A DNA stretch of 64,000 nucleotides from Octopus vulgaris (taxonomy: Eukaryota): NCBI GenBank assembly GCA_951406725.2, contig OX597817.1, positions 141,484,001 to 141,548,000 of the forward strand, in the 5' to 3' direction. Under the pieces are notes generated by a model. That model worked only from the letters and a program-made list of their open reading frames with translations. It made no database searches and was not told the origin of the DNA. Position 1 is the stretch's first letter. Every line of letters starts with the position of its first letter. Positions 40,176-54,335 of this stretch are shown here, one piece after another. The translations under genes and the position numbers were made by a program.

Positions 40176-41599
40176 GGAAGCTGAATAGATGGTTGTGTAA
40201 TACCCAATAAATATTGCTTAAAAACATGGAATCGTGGAATAATTAATAAAGTATTTAAGAGAAACGCAGGAGCTATACCATTACATGTAGAGCTCAATGA
40301 AATATTTAAGTAAACTCTCATTGTACTAGCTTCGAATATTCAGAGCAGGAAAGAAAACAAAATAATTTATATAATATTTTAAAACATTTGATTTCATTTT
40401 TAAGATAGAAAACTTTCTATGAAAACATAAAAATTTTCAGAAAGAAGGTAAACATTTACACAAATATGTATAAATCAAGTAAACAATATATATAAGTATT
40501 TATATAAAAATATTATATAAATATATATATATATAACAATATATAAAATTCTAATTAGAGGAGTAAATCCGTACATATTTTACGTTTTTAAATATATAAA
40601 ACAAAATCTCAATTTTCTATTTCAATAATTTTTTTTCTTTCGCAGAAATAGAATTGAATAAGAGCCAAGAAACATTGAAGAATACAAACAACCACTATAA
40701 CAACAGAAGACAACAACAGCCTCACCACCACCAGCAATGACGCCACCAACACCATCACAAACAACTACATCAACATCAACTTCAATGACAAAAGCAATAT
40801 TAACAACAAAAATGACGATGAGGCGAAGCAACAGCAGCTATGATGAGGAGACTTCGACCACAAACATCGAATACGTCGATGACATCGACTACATCAGTAG
40901 CAGTGGCATCAGCAGCAGCAGCAGTAGTAGTAGTAGTAGCAATAGTAGTTGTAGTAGTAGTAGTAGTAGCAGTAGTAGTAGCAGTAGTAGTAGTAGTAGT
41001 GCTGTTGGTGGTGGTGGTAGTGGTGTTCATGGTGGTGGTGGTTTCAAGTTTAGATCGCTATTTTCGAACTATAATTTTTGACATTTAAACTGGGATTAAT
41101 TTTTAATGAGATTTGAACTAAATGTAACTTGATGTTCATTCAATTGTAAAGTAATTCTTAATAAGAAAATATATCACATTTATTATTATTTTTTATATAT
41201 AACGACTCTGATTTACAACAACATCGCTCATTGTAACAATTTCATGTTATCATGGACAGCGATAAACGTCTTTGTTGCACTCTTATCTACCGTCAACATT
41301 TGGTCAGCTACACGAAACATACCAACCGATAATTTTGATTTTCTTTTTTTATCTTTTCTCTTTTACATGTTTCAGTTGTCGGACTGCGGGCATGCAGTGG
41401 CACCGTCTTGAAAAATTTCTAAGTCAAATAAATCGATCCCAGTACCTATTTCCTGTAAGCTTGCTATTTATTCTACCAGACTCTTTCGCCGGATCGCTAG
41501 TCTACGGGAACCTAAACATACCAAAACCGGTTGTCAAGCGGTGTTGGGAAACAAACACAAACACAAAGGCACACACGCACACACACACACACACATACG

Positions 41600-41746
41600 C
41601 AGGCACGCAGGCACGCACGCATGCACGCACGCATGCACGCACGCACGCATGCACGCACGCACGCATGCACGCACGCACGCATGCACGCACGCACGCATGC
41701 ACGCACGCACGCATGCACGCACGCACGCATGCACGCACGCACGCAT

Positions 41747-41801
<55 letters not shown>

Positions 41802-42007
41802 TGCACGCACGCACGCATGCACGCACGCACGCATGCACGCACGCACGCATGCACGCACGCACGCATGCACGCACGCACGCATGCACGCACGCACGCATGC
41901 ACGCACGCACGCATGCACGCACGCACGCATGCACGCACGCATGCACTCACGCACGCATGCACGCACGCACGCACGCAAGCACGCACGCAAGCACGTACGC
42001 ACGCACG

Positions 42008-42012
<5 letters not shown>
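41600..42012. repeat. (GCAC)n expansion with a 12-bp unit GCACGCACGCAT, inside the microsatellite linker of a family B SINE
   Basis: Directly visible; follows the SINE half at 41350-41580. Confidence 0.95.
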
Positions 42013-42046
<34 letters not shown>

Positions 42047-42134
42047 TATATATTAGAATGAAGGATAGAGGGATCCCTAAGGGGAACTTGTGAATGGAAA
42101 GAGACCCCGGCAGAAACCAAGACTGCGATATAGG

Positions 42135-43019
42135 ACTGTGTGAAGTCCTCATTAAAGCCCTGTAATATGCAGAAGACTGACTGGATGATCAGTGCCTATC
42201 ATCACCACTGATGGAGGAAGAAGGCTAAGGAGGGTGTCGACACTTTTGAAAGTGCACGTATTTAGCATGAAGAACTTAAGCGTGCTGCTCGAAAAGTCAA
42301 TGGAATGTTAATGGGAATGCAGTCAGGTTTCACAAAATACTGTTGTTTCTTGTGTCTATGGGATAGACGGGCAACTGAGAGACATTATTTGGATTCAAAC
42401 TGGCAGCCGAGATCATCATACCAGCCAGGACTGTCGAGAATCAAGAATACACCTCATGTAATGTCCTATTTCCTCCTTTGCACATAAAGCTTGGACTGAT
42501 GAAACAGCTTGTAATGACACTAGGGAAGAGAAATGACAGAGGGTTTGAGTATATTGTAGAAAAGTTTTCCAACATCACACAGGCAAATTTGAAAGAGAGT
42601 ATCTTTGTCGGAGCCCAAATTAGAAAAGTACTCAAAGATGCCAGTTTCAAGACAACCCTTGATGAACTGGAACTGCCTGTCGGGAATACTGTCAATGGAT
42701 CTTTGAGAATTTCTTGGGCAACAAGAAGGCAGTGGACTACGAGGATTGCATCAAGGATCTTCTGAAATGTTACTCTGCAATGGGTTCCCGCATGTCACTG
42801 AAAGTTCACGTCTTGGACTTCCATCTGGATTTCTTCGCCGATAACCTCAGAGTAGTGTCTGATGAACATGGTGAAATATTCCACCAGGACATTAGTGCTA
42901 TGGAGAAACGGTGCCAAGGCATCTGGAATGACAGTACGCTGGCTAACTATTGCTGGACACTTTACCGTGATAAACCAGATCAGAGACACTGCAGACAATC
43001 CAAGTCACAATATTTCTAA
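42135..43019 (+). pseudogene. DNA transposase relic, Chapaev3 (CMC)-like
   Basis: LMGMQSGFTKYCCFLCLWD, PLHIKLGLMKQ, LKESIFVGAQIRK, MSLKVHVLDFHLDFF...VSDEHGEIFHQDISAMEKRCQG.W....LANYCWTL spread over three frames. The family name is from memory of the motifs. Confidence 0.7.
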
Positions 43020-43279
43020 GGTCGACTTTGCAGTTCATCCTTCAAGTTTCGATAAAACAGGTACCAGTTGGACACCGGAATCGATCTAATCCACTTACAC
43101 CTCCCCCAAAATTGCTGGACTTGTGCCACGATTTGAGTACGAATTCAGTCGGGGCTGAGTTTGATTTCAATCTAAGGAGGTAAGTAAAACAAGTAGCAGT
43201 TTGGCGCCAAAATTAGAAACCAATATTTCATTTAGATGCATTAAATCTCTCTCTCTTTCTCTCACTGTCTTCTCTCAAT

Positions 43280-43387
<108 letters not shown>

Positions 43388-43389
43388 CA

Positions 43390-43434
<45 letters not shown>

Positions 43435-43527
43435 GTATATATGTATATGTATATATGCACACATTCATTTACATACTTATATATATATTTGTATTTGCGT
43501 GTTAGTGTGTGTGTGTGTCTCTCTCTC

Positions 43528-43586
<59 letters not shown>

Positions 43587-44178
43587 TCGCACATATTGGT
43601 CTGTTGTAGCATAATTAGCAATGTACGGAAACATATTTCATTCCATCTTTATTTCTCATCGTTATATATTCATATATGTACATACGAAATGGTGTAGTCG
43701 ATTTAACTCGGTGATTCTGCATAATATAAGTAGCAAATCCTGATGTTCATTCAAATGTAAAATTAATGTTGTATGCAATAAGTTATTGAGAAATGAGTTG
43801 CTTTATGCGTATTGCTATGGCGAAAATGTGTTTATAATGATATTACCAGTTTTGGAGCATATTACTTTGTTATATAAAACATAGTCCCCTCTCGTATATT
43901 ACAAGCAGACAATTGAAATTCTATTTGATTATAAAATTACACTTTATTTATGATTAAATAACCTTTGAACTCAACACTAATGTCTTCTGATTATATCGCT
44001 ATGCTGTTGTCGTTGTTGTTGTTGTTGCTGTTGTCGATGTTTTTGTATATTAAGCCACGAAAACCCAGATCGAAAATAAAAGCTTTCCCAGCATAACTAC
44101 ATCGTCTTTATTTACCGACATAGTGGATGTATGTTTAGTTAAAAATGTATATATGTGTAAATGTGTCTATTTTACACA

Positions 44179-44221
<43 letters not shown>

Positions 44222-46760
44222 GTATATATATATATAGGTGCATACACACAAACACACACACACATATATATTTACCAATACCTGCCCGTTTGTTTTCGAT
44301 ATTTCGACCGTCTTTAGGTTCTGAGTTCAAATTCCGCCGAGGTCTACTTTGCCTTTCATCCTTTGGGGGTCGATGATTAAGTACCTGTTGGGTACTGAGA
44401 TGGATGTAATTGACTGGCCCCCTCACCAAAAATTTCGGGCTTTGTGCGTGCATAAGTTTATATATATATATATATATATGTGCATGTGTGTGTGTATGTG
44501 TGTGTGTGTCTATGTGTACGTATGTACACACATATCTGTATATATATATAGATATGTGTGTATAAAGATATGTATACCCACATCAAAACAGAAATGAGGT
44601 TGAAAATTCTCAGCAGCTGTTTCGACAGCATTTTTTATTGATGCATTTATAGATGTCATCATGGGAAAGAATCCACCATCCACCGTTGGAAATTTTAAGC
44701 TCCACTTGTGTTCTTTTATACATACACTACACTTAGATCCATCGCCGTGATCTTCAAAAGATGTTGGATACAAAGCGGGGAGGGCTACGTTTGCTAAATC
44801 TTTACTGTCCACCATCCTTGGTTATAAGACGGGAAAATGGTGTCTAGATTATCAGAAGTGGTGACTGGATTAAGAGAACAATCTGATTCACCCTTTTCCA
44901 CCTCGGGGTGGCTTTATGGTTTGAAACGGCCCAAAGTAGCATTCAACTCTGTATTGTTTTGCTCCTATCTTGATGATTTGGGCAACCGTATCGCAGAAGT
45001 CTCATGACTCTAAGAAAAGTTAATCCCAAAGATTATCTGAGTATTTTGACTAATCATGACCATCTCTTGCTACAAACACTGTTCTCTGATGTTTACACAA
45101 TCTTCCAGACGACTAGGAGCAGATTGACATGACTAATGATATTCAAGCCTGGTAGTAACAGCACTAAAGGGAATAATTCAGTTGGCCTCCCAACCTAATC
45201 ATCGGTTCTCAGTACGATCGAGCACCTATTATTATTATTTATAGAGCAGCAACTGAGGAGCCCCTTCTGTCATCGTCGTTGAAAACAGGTTTTTCTTGAA
45301 GAATGGCTCAAAATACCTCTAACAACCATTCACAAACTGTACCAGTTAATTCCTACACGTCTTAAAGTTGTCTCTGATGTCAAAATTGGACCAACTCTAT
45401 ATTAATTAATAAGAATTTTATTTAAGAAGGCGGTTTCCATTATGTTGTCCAGCTCCTGTATAGTATTATACACATATTATACAGCCCATGTGTTTGACGT
45501 GTATAAAATATGTGTAATTTTCGATAGTAATCTTTTACTTGCATTCGTGAAACTTGAATTGTTCTTATACCAACAATTTTGTGGAAATAAAATCCAAAAT
45601 CACTCTTAATAGATTTCTGCGAATAATCGGTAAACTGCAGACATCCAAAGACTTTGAAAGTGTTAAGCATTGAATAAATGTTCTTAGTAAATTCCACCAC
45701 TATCATCCGTTAAAGTAGCAAAGATAAGAATATATTTAATCAATATTCCTGTTCGGAAAGTGACTTAATTTGCATAATCAGATAGGAAAGAGATATTTAG
45801 ACTTTTAGATTAAATCCACGTCTCTAAGCTTAAAGATCTCAGATTTACAAATTGTTAAATAATGTGTTTGTTGTGTACGATCAAGAATCCAATTACCATC
45901 GATATTTTCTATTTCCAGGATGTGTTATCACTTGCTAACTATAAAAGGAATATACCCACTTCCATATTAGTAATTGCTATCAGTTTCTGTGTAAAAAGGT
46001 TTCGTCAGTGCATTTTATGAGTTTTGATAAAATTTCGATAATTTTTATTTGTTGATTTATGAAAATCAGACGCGTTGGGTGTTTTGAGCAAATAAATTTG
46101 TTTGTTACCACTGTATTGTTACAATTAATAACAATAGAAACCATGACGGTTGAAAATTGAAAACATATACGAACGATGTAATCATTTTGATACTTTCAAA
46201 AGATGGTCGACTCCATCAGAAATAAATATATAAAACATGTATAAAAATAATATTCCCAGACTATTCGAGGGAATACACGAATTTATGTCGACAACAGCTT
46301 TAAAGTATGTTTAAAACAGTATGATTTTCCCTGAGGTTGATTAGTGAGAGAAAAACGAAAACGTCATTGACGAATATAAAAACAGATCTACTATGATATT
46401 AAAATCTGGTAGTCATGTCAAGGTTCAAATTTCTTCAAGCGAAAGTAGAAAAGATTATCGCCATTTTTTTTATTCGTAAAAAAATTATTTAAGCCAGTTA
46501 AGAACGCGAGGGATATTTACAGTCATATACAAATATAACGGAACCCTCTTGCGCAGAACATACACAGCCACTTCATCCAATCAACGGCATAGAAAAAATG
46601 AGGTTACATTTTAATTTCACTCACAACATTGATTTTCAAACGTGTTGGTGGGGTACAGACTGAAGCCAGAGGACACACACACATATATATTTATAGCTCA
46701 TACATGTACGTATATATATATATATGCATGTCTGTCTATCTATTTATGTGTGCGTGTGTG

Positions 46761-46813
<53 letters not shown>

Positions 46814-46891
46814 TTTCTGGTTTAAAAAGCCACATCAGACGCCATGGTGGATTTATGGCGTAAGTACAAGTACATTAGGAGTAGACATCCA

Positions 46892-46946
<55 letters not shown>

Positions 46947-47552
46947 GTGTGTATGTGTGTATGTATGTTTATATACATACATATATACATATAAAGAATG
47001 TTTCGGGACAATATAGGCCACTCGAGCAAAGAGGATTTGTTGGCTGAGACGTTGGTAGATTATCTGGAACTTGCAGGAATTTGAATGCTGTGGAGGTCTT
47101 TTTACAATTTTAATTTCTTTCAGCATAACGTCAAATAAAACAAGAACATTTAAAAGAAAATAAAAACAAAACAAAAAGAAAATAGTGTGTATCACAATGT
47201 TCTGATATGATGTGAACTTGACTTATGTGGGGAGGTAAGGTACAGGAGCTATACTTTAGGTAAGTCCTATACTCGATACCAACATCGTTCGTATAATATT
47301 TGTAGATTAGTTTCCACATTGTACAAATATATATAGCATTCACAGCGATTTTGGAGAGAATGGAATTTCAGTGCTTTGAGGGAGGTCCAATAATCAAGGA
47401 TTGTCATGTGAATTATTTGCTGGTAATTGGTCTCTACGAAACTTCTATCCTCATTATATATTCGTTTCTGTACGGAGACTACAATGGGCAGCCATATTCG
47501 AGAAAAAACAAACTCACGCACCCACAGCTAAACACGCACTGACACATATATA

Positions 47553-47945
47553 TATTTCTTTATGGCCCACAAGGGGCTAAACATAGAGAGGACAAACAAG
47601 GACAGACAAAGGGATTAAGTCGATTACATCGGCCCCAGTGCGAAACTGGTACTTTATTTATCGACCCCGAAAGGATGAAAGGCGAAGTCGACCTCGGCGG
47701 AATTTGAACTCAGAACGTAACGAAATACCTATTTCTTTACTACCCACAAGGGGCTAAACACAGAGAGGACAAACAAGGACAGACAGACGGATTAAGTCGA
47801 TTATATTGACCCCAGTGCGTACTCGGAAAGGATAAAAGGCAAAGTTGACCTCGGCGGAATTTGAACTCATGAATGGTAACGGCAGACGAAATATCGCTAA
47901 GCTTTTCGCCAGGCGTGCTAACGTGTCTGCCAGCTTGCCGCCTTC
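47553..47945 (-). mobile_element. Dimeric SINE family A with TSD
   Basis: Two body units and one head; CTGACACATATATAT on both flanks (~47539 and ~47946). Confidence 0.88.
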
Positions 47946-48565
47946 CTGACACATATATATGTCACTATCATCACGGTATCGACCGGGCTATCAGAAAGCT
48001 ATACGCGGATGTTCTCATGTTTTTCCTCACATTGTTGTAGCAACCGAATGCTGCAATCTAGGTGGCTAGGTGGGTAGGCCAACACGACCACTGATCGAAA
48101 CGCCAGTCCATCGCAGACTGGACAGGAGCAGAATCAAAGAATGTGTTTTGCTCAAGAATATACACCGCCAGTCTAGGAATCGAAATCTTGTTCTTGTTCT
48201 TGTGAGTACAACACATTAACCACTAAGCCATGAACTTTCACATCTATATGTGTATATATGTAATAATGAAATATATATGTATGTTATATATATATATACA
48301 TATATTTGTGTATGTGTTTGTGTGTGTGAGATAGAGGGCGCATGTGTGTTTGTGTCTATGCATATGTGTATATTTTGACAACGATAATATATTGGCCATG
48401 ACGTCACTACAAACATGCGCACACACGCTTATATATCACAACAGTTACACACAAAGCCGTACATTTTCCTTTCATATCTAAATTTGTATATGTCAATATA
48501 TATGAATATATATATATGAATGTGTGTGGACATATACACGTTTGCACACGCACAATCCACACAGA

Positions 48566-48616
<51 letters not shown>

Positions 48617-49270
48617 GCACATACACATACCTACTTATAAGAAGTAGAGAGAAAACGATTGGTAGCGCTATATTCGTTATCGATCTATTTATTATATACC
48701 GGATACATATAAATGCGAGAGAGGTAAGACTCTTTGAGTATCCTTGAAATGAAAGATTTATCTTAATAAATGTTGACCGTCGCTAGAGGGCACTTTTGAT
48801 ATTTCGGTAATTCACCAGTTACAGAAAACTGTCCACCGTTTTCGTATACAGTATAATATAACAATACCGCTCAGGTACTTATAACACCTTTCATGTGCTC
48901 ATAATTTAATGAAGCGACCAAAAGCTAATACAAGGAAAGAAGAGTTTTCCGTGTAGGAAGTTAATGCGGTCCACTCATGTGTAACTTTAACAATTTGCTA
49001 CTGATATTAACTGCCTCAAACATTTTCCCTTCTGTTTCACATCAATAACATATTAGAGGCAGAGAAACTACTTTCCGAAGTTAATCTCACTTCTACACTT
49101 ATTAAAATCGCTTTCACGTTTCGAAATATGCAAAGTAACCTTCATATCTTAGATTTGGAGTAGTTCATATTCAGATAAATTGCTTCAATTTGTTTTCAGA
49201 CTCTTATTTGTCTAGTAAGTGATTTGATCTGAGACAATGTGCTGATACTAAAACAATTAGAGAGTGGATA

Positions 49271-49336
<66 letters not shown>

Positions 49337-49390
49337 ATATATATATGTATATATATAATAATAATAATGATAATAATAATAATAATGATG

Positions 49391-49423
<33 letters not shown>

Positions 49424-49635
49424 TTAGGGAGTATAACTCCAAACTTACAGGGAAAAATTAAATTTATTATTAAGTCAAATTTCACAGTATAAATATATAA
49501 AACATAAATTAGAGATAAAACCGCTATTATGCAACTCAAACATTGATAGACATAAACCAATACATAAATAACAAATATTATATATTTTTATAAAACATAA
49601 TAGTGGTTTTATCTCCAATTTATATTTTATATATA

Positions 49636-49912
49636 TGCTGTTGTGTCTGGGGAGAGTCATTGTCTTTAGGTGCCTTATAATTTAACTCACTCACCAGTAA
49701 AATTTCCATTCATATCTTTTTTTTAATTATTTTTCTAAAATTTTCGTTGTGTCTTTCTACCTTTTCAATAAATTTGAAAAGGTTGCAAGACGCAACAAAA
49801 TTTTTAGAAAAATAAAAAAACAAAATAAAAAAGAAATGTGGAAATTTTATCGGTGGGTGTGTTAAATTATAAGGCACAAAAAGAGAATGACTCTCCCCTG
49901 ACACAACAGAAT
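49636..49912. repeat. ~275-bp imperfect palindrome between TA tracts
   Basis: Centre ACCTTTTCAA-taaat-TTGAAAAGGT; ends CTGTTGTGTCTGGGGAGAGTCATT / AATGACTCTCCCCTGACACAACAG. Confidence 0.88.
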
Positions 49913-49962
49913 GTGCTTCAACACACGAACTCAAATCCAAAAGCGAAATATATATATATGTA

Positions 49963-50580
49963 TACGAGGTCTGATCAATAAGTATCCGGGCAGAAAACTG
50001 ACCTTAATCTCTGTTGTACATGCGTACTAAGTTTTAACGTTCTGCCTCAATTCCGCTGATTAGCTCATTTCTTGGAAGGAAGGTGTGTAGTATGTGATCG
50101 TTGCATTGACCATGACAGAGAAAGTTGTCATGGCGATACCTGCTCAGAGGCCTACGCTCAGTTGTAGTAAGTGTATGGAGAGGAGTGTATGAGCCGCACA
50201 CAAGTGTACGAGTGGTTCAGACATTTCCTAGATGACCAAAAGAATGTTGATATTGAAGAATGTTCTGGAAGACCCGCACCCAGCAGAACTGAGGAAAACA
50301 TCGCAGGTGTGTGTGAAGCTGTGAGGGGAAATCACCCCCCGTGAGTTATCAGAGGATGTGCAGATTAGTTACGGTTCAGTTCAGTCCATTACCGCTGAAG
50401 ATTTGGGCATGAGACGCGTGTCTCATGATTGTGCCGAAACTCCTTTCAACTGACCCAAAAGACGATGGAGTTTCAGTTGCTGAAGATTTCCTTGATTGTG
50501 TTGAGAACAATGAAAACTTTTTGAAAGCCTTGCATGGGCCTCTGAGCAGGTATCGCCAATCTTTTTGCAAAGATTTTGGG
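49963..50580 (+). mobile_element. mariner relic, 5' half with TIR
   Basis: TA-CGAGGTCTGATCAATAAGTA end; VYGEECMSRTQVYEWFRHFLDDQKNVDIEECSGRP...RELSEDVQISYGSVQSITAEDLGMRRV. Confidence 0.85.
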
Positions 50581-50744
50581 GATAATGCTACTGTGTTTAG
50601 TCCCTCTGTTCGAAAATAAAAGGACACAGATTGTGTGTCGGGTAGTCAGCTGGAGATGATGTCTCCTGGTGCTAAACAAAGTAGCATTCGCCCCAAAATG
50701 GGACTGTCACATTAGGTTAGCAAAAAATCGTTACTTTATCTATG

Positions 50745-51980
50745 TGTGTGTGTGTGTGCGTGCACATGTGTGTATTTTTGTATGTTTGTCACCCATCACC
50801 GCTTCACAACAAGGTTCAATTTGTTTGCGTCCTTGTATCTTAAAGGTTCGGTTAAGGAAACTAATAGGATTAGTAGCAGGTTTAAAGGATAAGTACTAGG
50901 TTGTAATTTTTCCACTAAACTCTTTAAGGGACTGCTCCGCCATGGCCGCAGAGCAATGACCGAAGCAAATAAAAGGTAAAATCTACAGTAATCATCACAC
51001 AGTGGGATCGAACATGAAGTCACGAGATTCCGAAGTAAATATTTTGATCATGCAGTCCAAAGAAAAATAGAAGCTGAATACGTGTAACATCTGCGCAGTG
51101 GTGTATTTTGTAAGAGTTATGAACAACGTCGTTAATACGCAGAATCAAGAATGAAGAAGACTTCAAATCACCTGAATAACATTGTAGTTGTTAGTAAGAG
51201 TGTTGGTGTTTGCTGGAATGAGATGGGTTGACAGGAAATTTCAAGTCCCTCAGATAATAGCAAAGTAGAGGCCGTTGATTAGGAAAACAAATATGGTTTC
51301 TTGCGACACACTCAGCTGAAGGCTCTGCTGATGCCGACTTGTACATTCCTTGAAAACATAGCTTGTAAATGTAGACGATTGTTACAGCCAGATGTAAGAA
51401 ATCATAATTCTGTTTATTTCCTGTCTACAGAAACTACCGAAAAAAATATGAGAGCAAACTGATAAAGGATGTGTACGTGTTTATGACTCTCACCACCATC
51501 TATATTACGTATAATTGTGGACGGTAGGTGGATAGTGTTAGCTTGGAGTAATTCCTTAAAAAGAACGAAATATTAAGATTTCCCTTTAAATAACAGTTGC
51601 TTCCTGAAAATGCTAGTTTATAACTCTTACAAAATACACCACTGTGCAGATATTACACGTATCAGCTTCCATCTTTCTTTGGACTGCGAGATCAAAATGT
51701 TTACTTCGGAATCTCGTGACTTCATGTTGGATCCCACTGCATGATGTGTATTGTATCGTTTACCTTTTATTTGTTTCTGTCATTGCTCTGCGGCCATGGC
51801 GGAGCAGTGACTTGAAGAGTTTAGTGGGAAAAATAGAGCCTAGTACTTATCCTTTAAGCCTGCCTACTAATTCTATTTAGTTTCCTTAACCGAACCGTTA
51901 AGATACGAGGACGTAAACAAACCGAACCCGGTTGTCAAGCAGTGATGGGCGACAAACATACCAAAAGACGCGCGCACGCA
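50745..51980. repeat. Inverted duplication: ~380-bp arms (SINE tail plus non-SINE flank) around a ~490-bp spacer
   Basis: 50745-51125 is a diverged reverse complement of 51615-51980, e.g. CAGTGGTGTATTTTGTAAGAGTTAT / ATAACTCTTACAAAATACACCACTG. Confidence 0.88.
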
Positions 51981-52394
51981 TTGTTTACTTATTTCATGCT
52001 GAAGAATTTTCAGTCAAGCGAATCGATACTGATACTTATTCTTTTTTCAAGCCTTATACTTATTCTATCGATTTCTTTTGTCGAAACGCTACCTTACGGG
52101 AACGTGAACAAAACAACACCGGTTGTGAAGCGGTTTGGGTAGAGGAACACAAACACAAAGATACGAAATGTGTGTATGTGTGTATGTATAAGCCAGGCTT
52201 TGTTTAGTTTCCGTCTACTAATTATACTCACAAGGCTCTGCACACCCATTGCCATAGTAAAAAACACCTGCCCAGAGTGATATGCAGTGGGACTGAACCC
52301 AGGACCATATAGTTAGGAAAACTCGTCATCTCAGTGGTTTTCCGTTGTGCAACGTCCCTCGCAATAACGAAAGACAGTAATTCTGTTGATTACA

Positions 52395-52649
52395 ATTCTT
52401 TTACTCTTCTACTCTTTTACTTGTTTCAGCCATTTGACTGTGGCCGTGCTCCAGCATGGAGCACCGCCTTTAGTCGAGCAAATCGACCCCAGGACTTATT
52501 CTTTGTAAGCCTAGTACTTATTCTATCGGTCTCTTTTGCCGAACCGCTAAGTTACGGGGACGTAAACACACCAGCACCGGTTGTCAAGCGATGTTGGGAG
52601 GATAAACACAAATACACAAACATATATACACATACATACACACACATAC

Positions 52650-52680
<31 letters not shown>

Positions 52681-52688
52681 CATATATG

Positions 52689-52756
<68 letters not shown>

Positions 52757-52912
52757 TACAACGGGCTTCTTTCAGTTTCCGTCTACCAAATCCACTCACA
52801 AGGCTTTGGTCGGGACGAGGTTATAGTAGAAGACACTTGCCAAAGGTGCCACGAAGTGGGACTGAACCCGGAACCATGTGGTTCGTAAGCCAGCTACTTA
52901 TCACACAGCCAC
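52395..52912 (-). mobile_element. SINE family B, full length with expanded TA linker
   Basis: Colinear with 16797-17209. Confidence 0.92.
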
Positions 52913-53976
52913 CCTGTTCTAACTATTTTGGTTAACGCTGTTATAGTTGTTTAAAACATCAATTATTGTTGTAACTGGTGCAGTTTACAAGCTCATATTG
53001 TACAGTTGAATCAATGTATATATCTCTCTTGGGTAAACGTCTAAAGTTTGTTTATTTATAATTGATTACAGTATAGTGTGTATGGTTTTTATAGATAATC
53101 AGAGAAATTGTCAAGTATTTCAAATGAGATAATATAATGATTTTGTATGAATTATTTAAAATACATTTAATTAAAAGTTTTCCCTAGCTGAAAGAAGAGT
53201 TAATTAAATCAAGCATCAATTGGAAAAAGGAAAAAAAGAAGTAGGCTATTCTGGGGAACAATACACATACTAGGCATCAATATGGAAAATATTCTTTATG
53301 ATACTTCATTTCATTTGATTGCAATGCCATCTCGTTGCAGTCCAACTTTTTGATTCTGAGACAATCCTTTGACATATGTATTCTAGTCAGCAAACAGGGT
53401 TAGGGGTTGTGCTTCGATAAAATCGTTAATGGACTTAGGGATATATAAATATAATATAGTTTGCTGTCAATTAAAAACAATCAATATTCCAATCAACATC
53501 AAATTTCTTCGAGGTCGAATCTATTTATTTCATTCTTTCGATTTACATGAAATACGTACCAGTGGTTCGCAGCATCCGTTTTTGCGGGCTCTGTCACTGA
53601 AGAGGAGATAACTACTCCGAAATGCATGCATCCAACCGTGCAATTAGGGCTTCTGTGAACTGACTTGGTGTATTTACGCCATATTTGTTGAAAGAAATTT
53701 TCTACATGACAAAATAGACTGAATGGCTTCCCTGCGAAATCGAAAGTGCCTCAACCATATTTGAACAGGTTACAAGATTGCATTTATATACGTCAATGCT
53801 TAGTGTTGTCACTCCATATATACATATGTGTGTGTACTTGTCTGTCTGTCTGTGAGTGCGTGTGTGTGTGTGCGCATGTGTGTGTGCGTGTGTATACATA
53901 TATGCATAAATATATAAATATAATACAAATAATATATATATGCATATACACACGCGCATACACACACACACACACA

Positions 53977-54010
<34 letters not shown>

Positions 54011-54300
54011 TATGCATATATGGTACATGATGTCGATACACAGCCGACAACTCATGAAGGGTCGTTCTTTATGTTACTTGTCCTGTTTCCCATTTGATTC
54101 TCTCGTTGCATATTGAACTCATTTGTTTTCGTATTTCATGTCGTTTACTGTTGGCGACGTCCTGTACCCATATATGTATATATGTGTGTGTGTGTGTGTG
54201 CATATATACACATATATATATATTATTCATATTGTTATTTAACTGAACGCCACGCAACCATTTCCAAGTAAGTTATATATATATGTGTGTGTGCGTGTGT

Positions 54301-54335
<35 letters not shown>

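Noticed and set aside
41600-42012. CRISPR-like array
   Set aside because: Pure short-unit tandem repeat with no spacers, in eukaryotic context.
44590-45330. Possible decayed Gypsy integrase
   Set aside because: Only loose similarity with many stops and no LTR seen.
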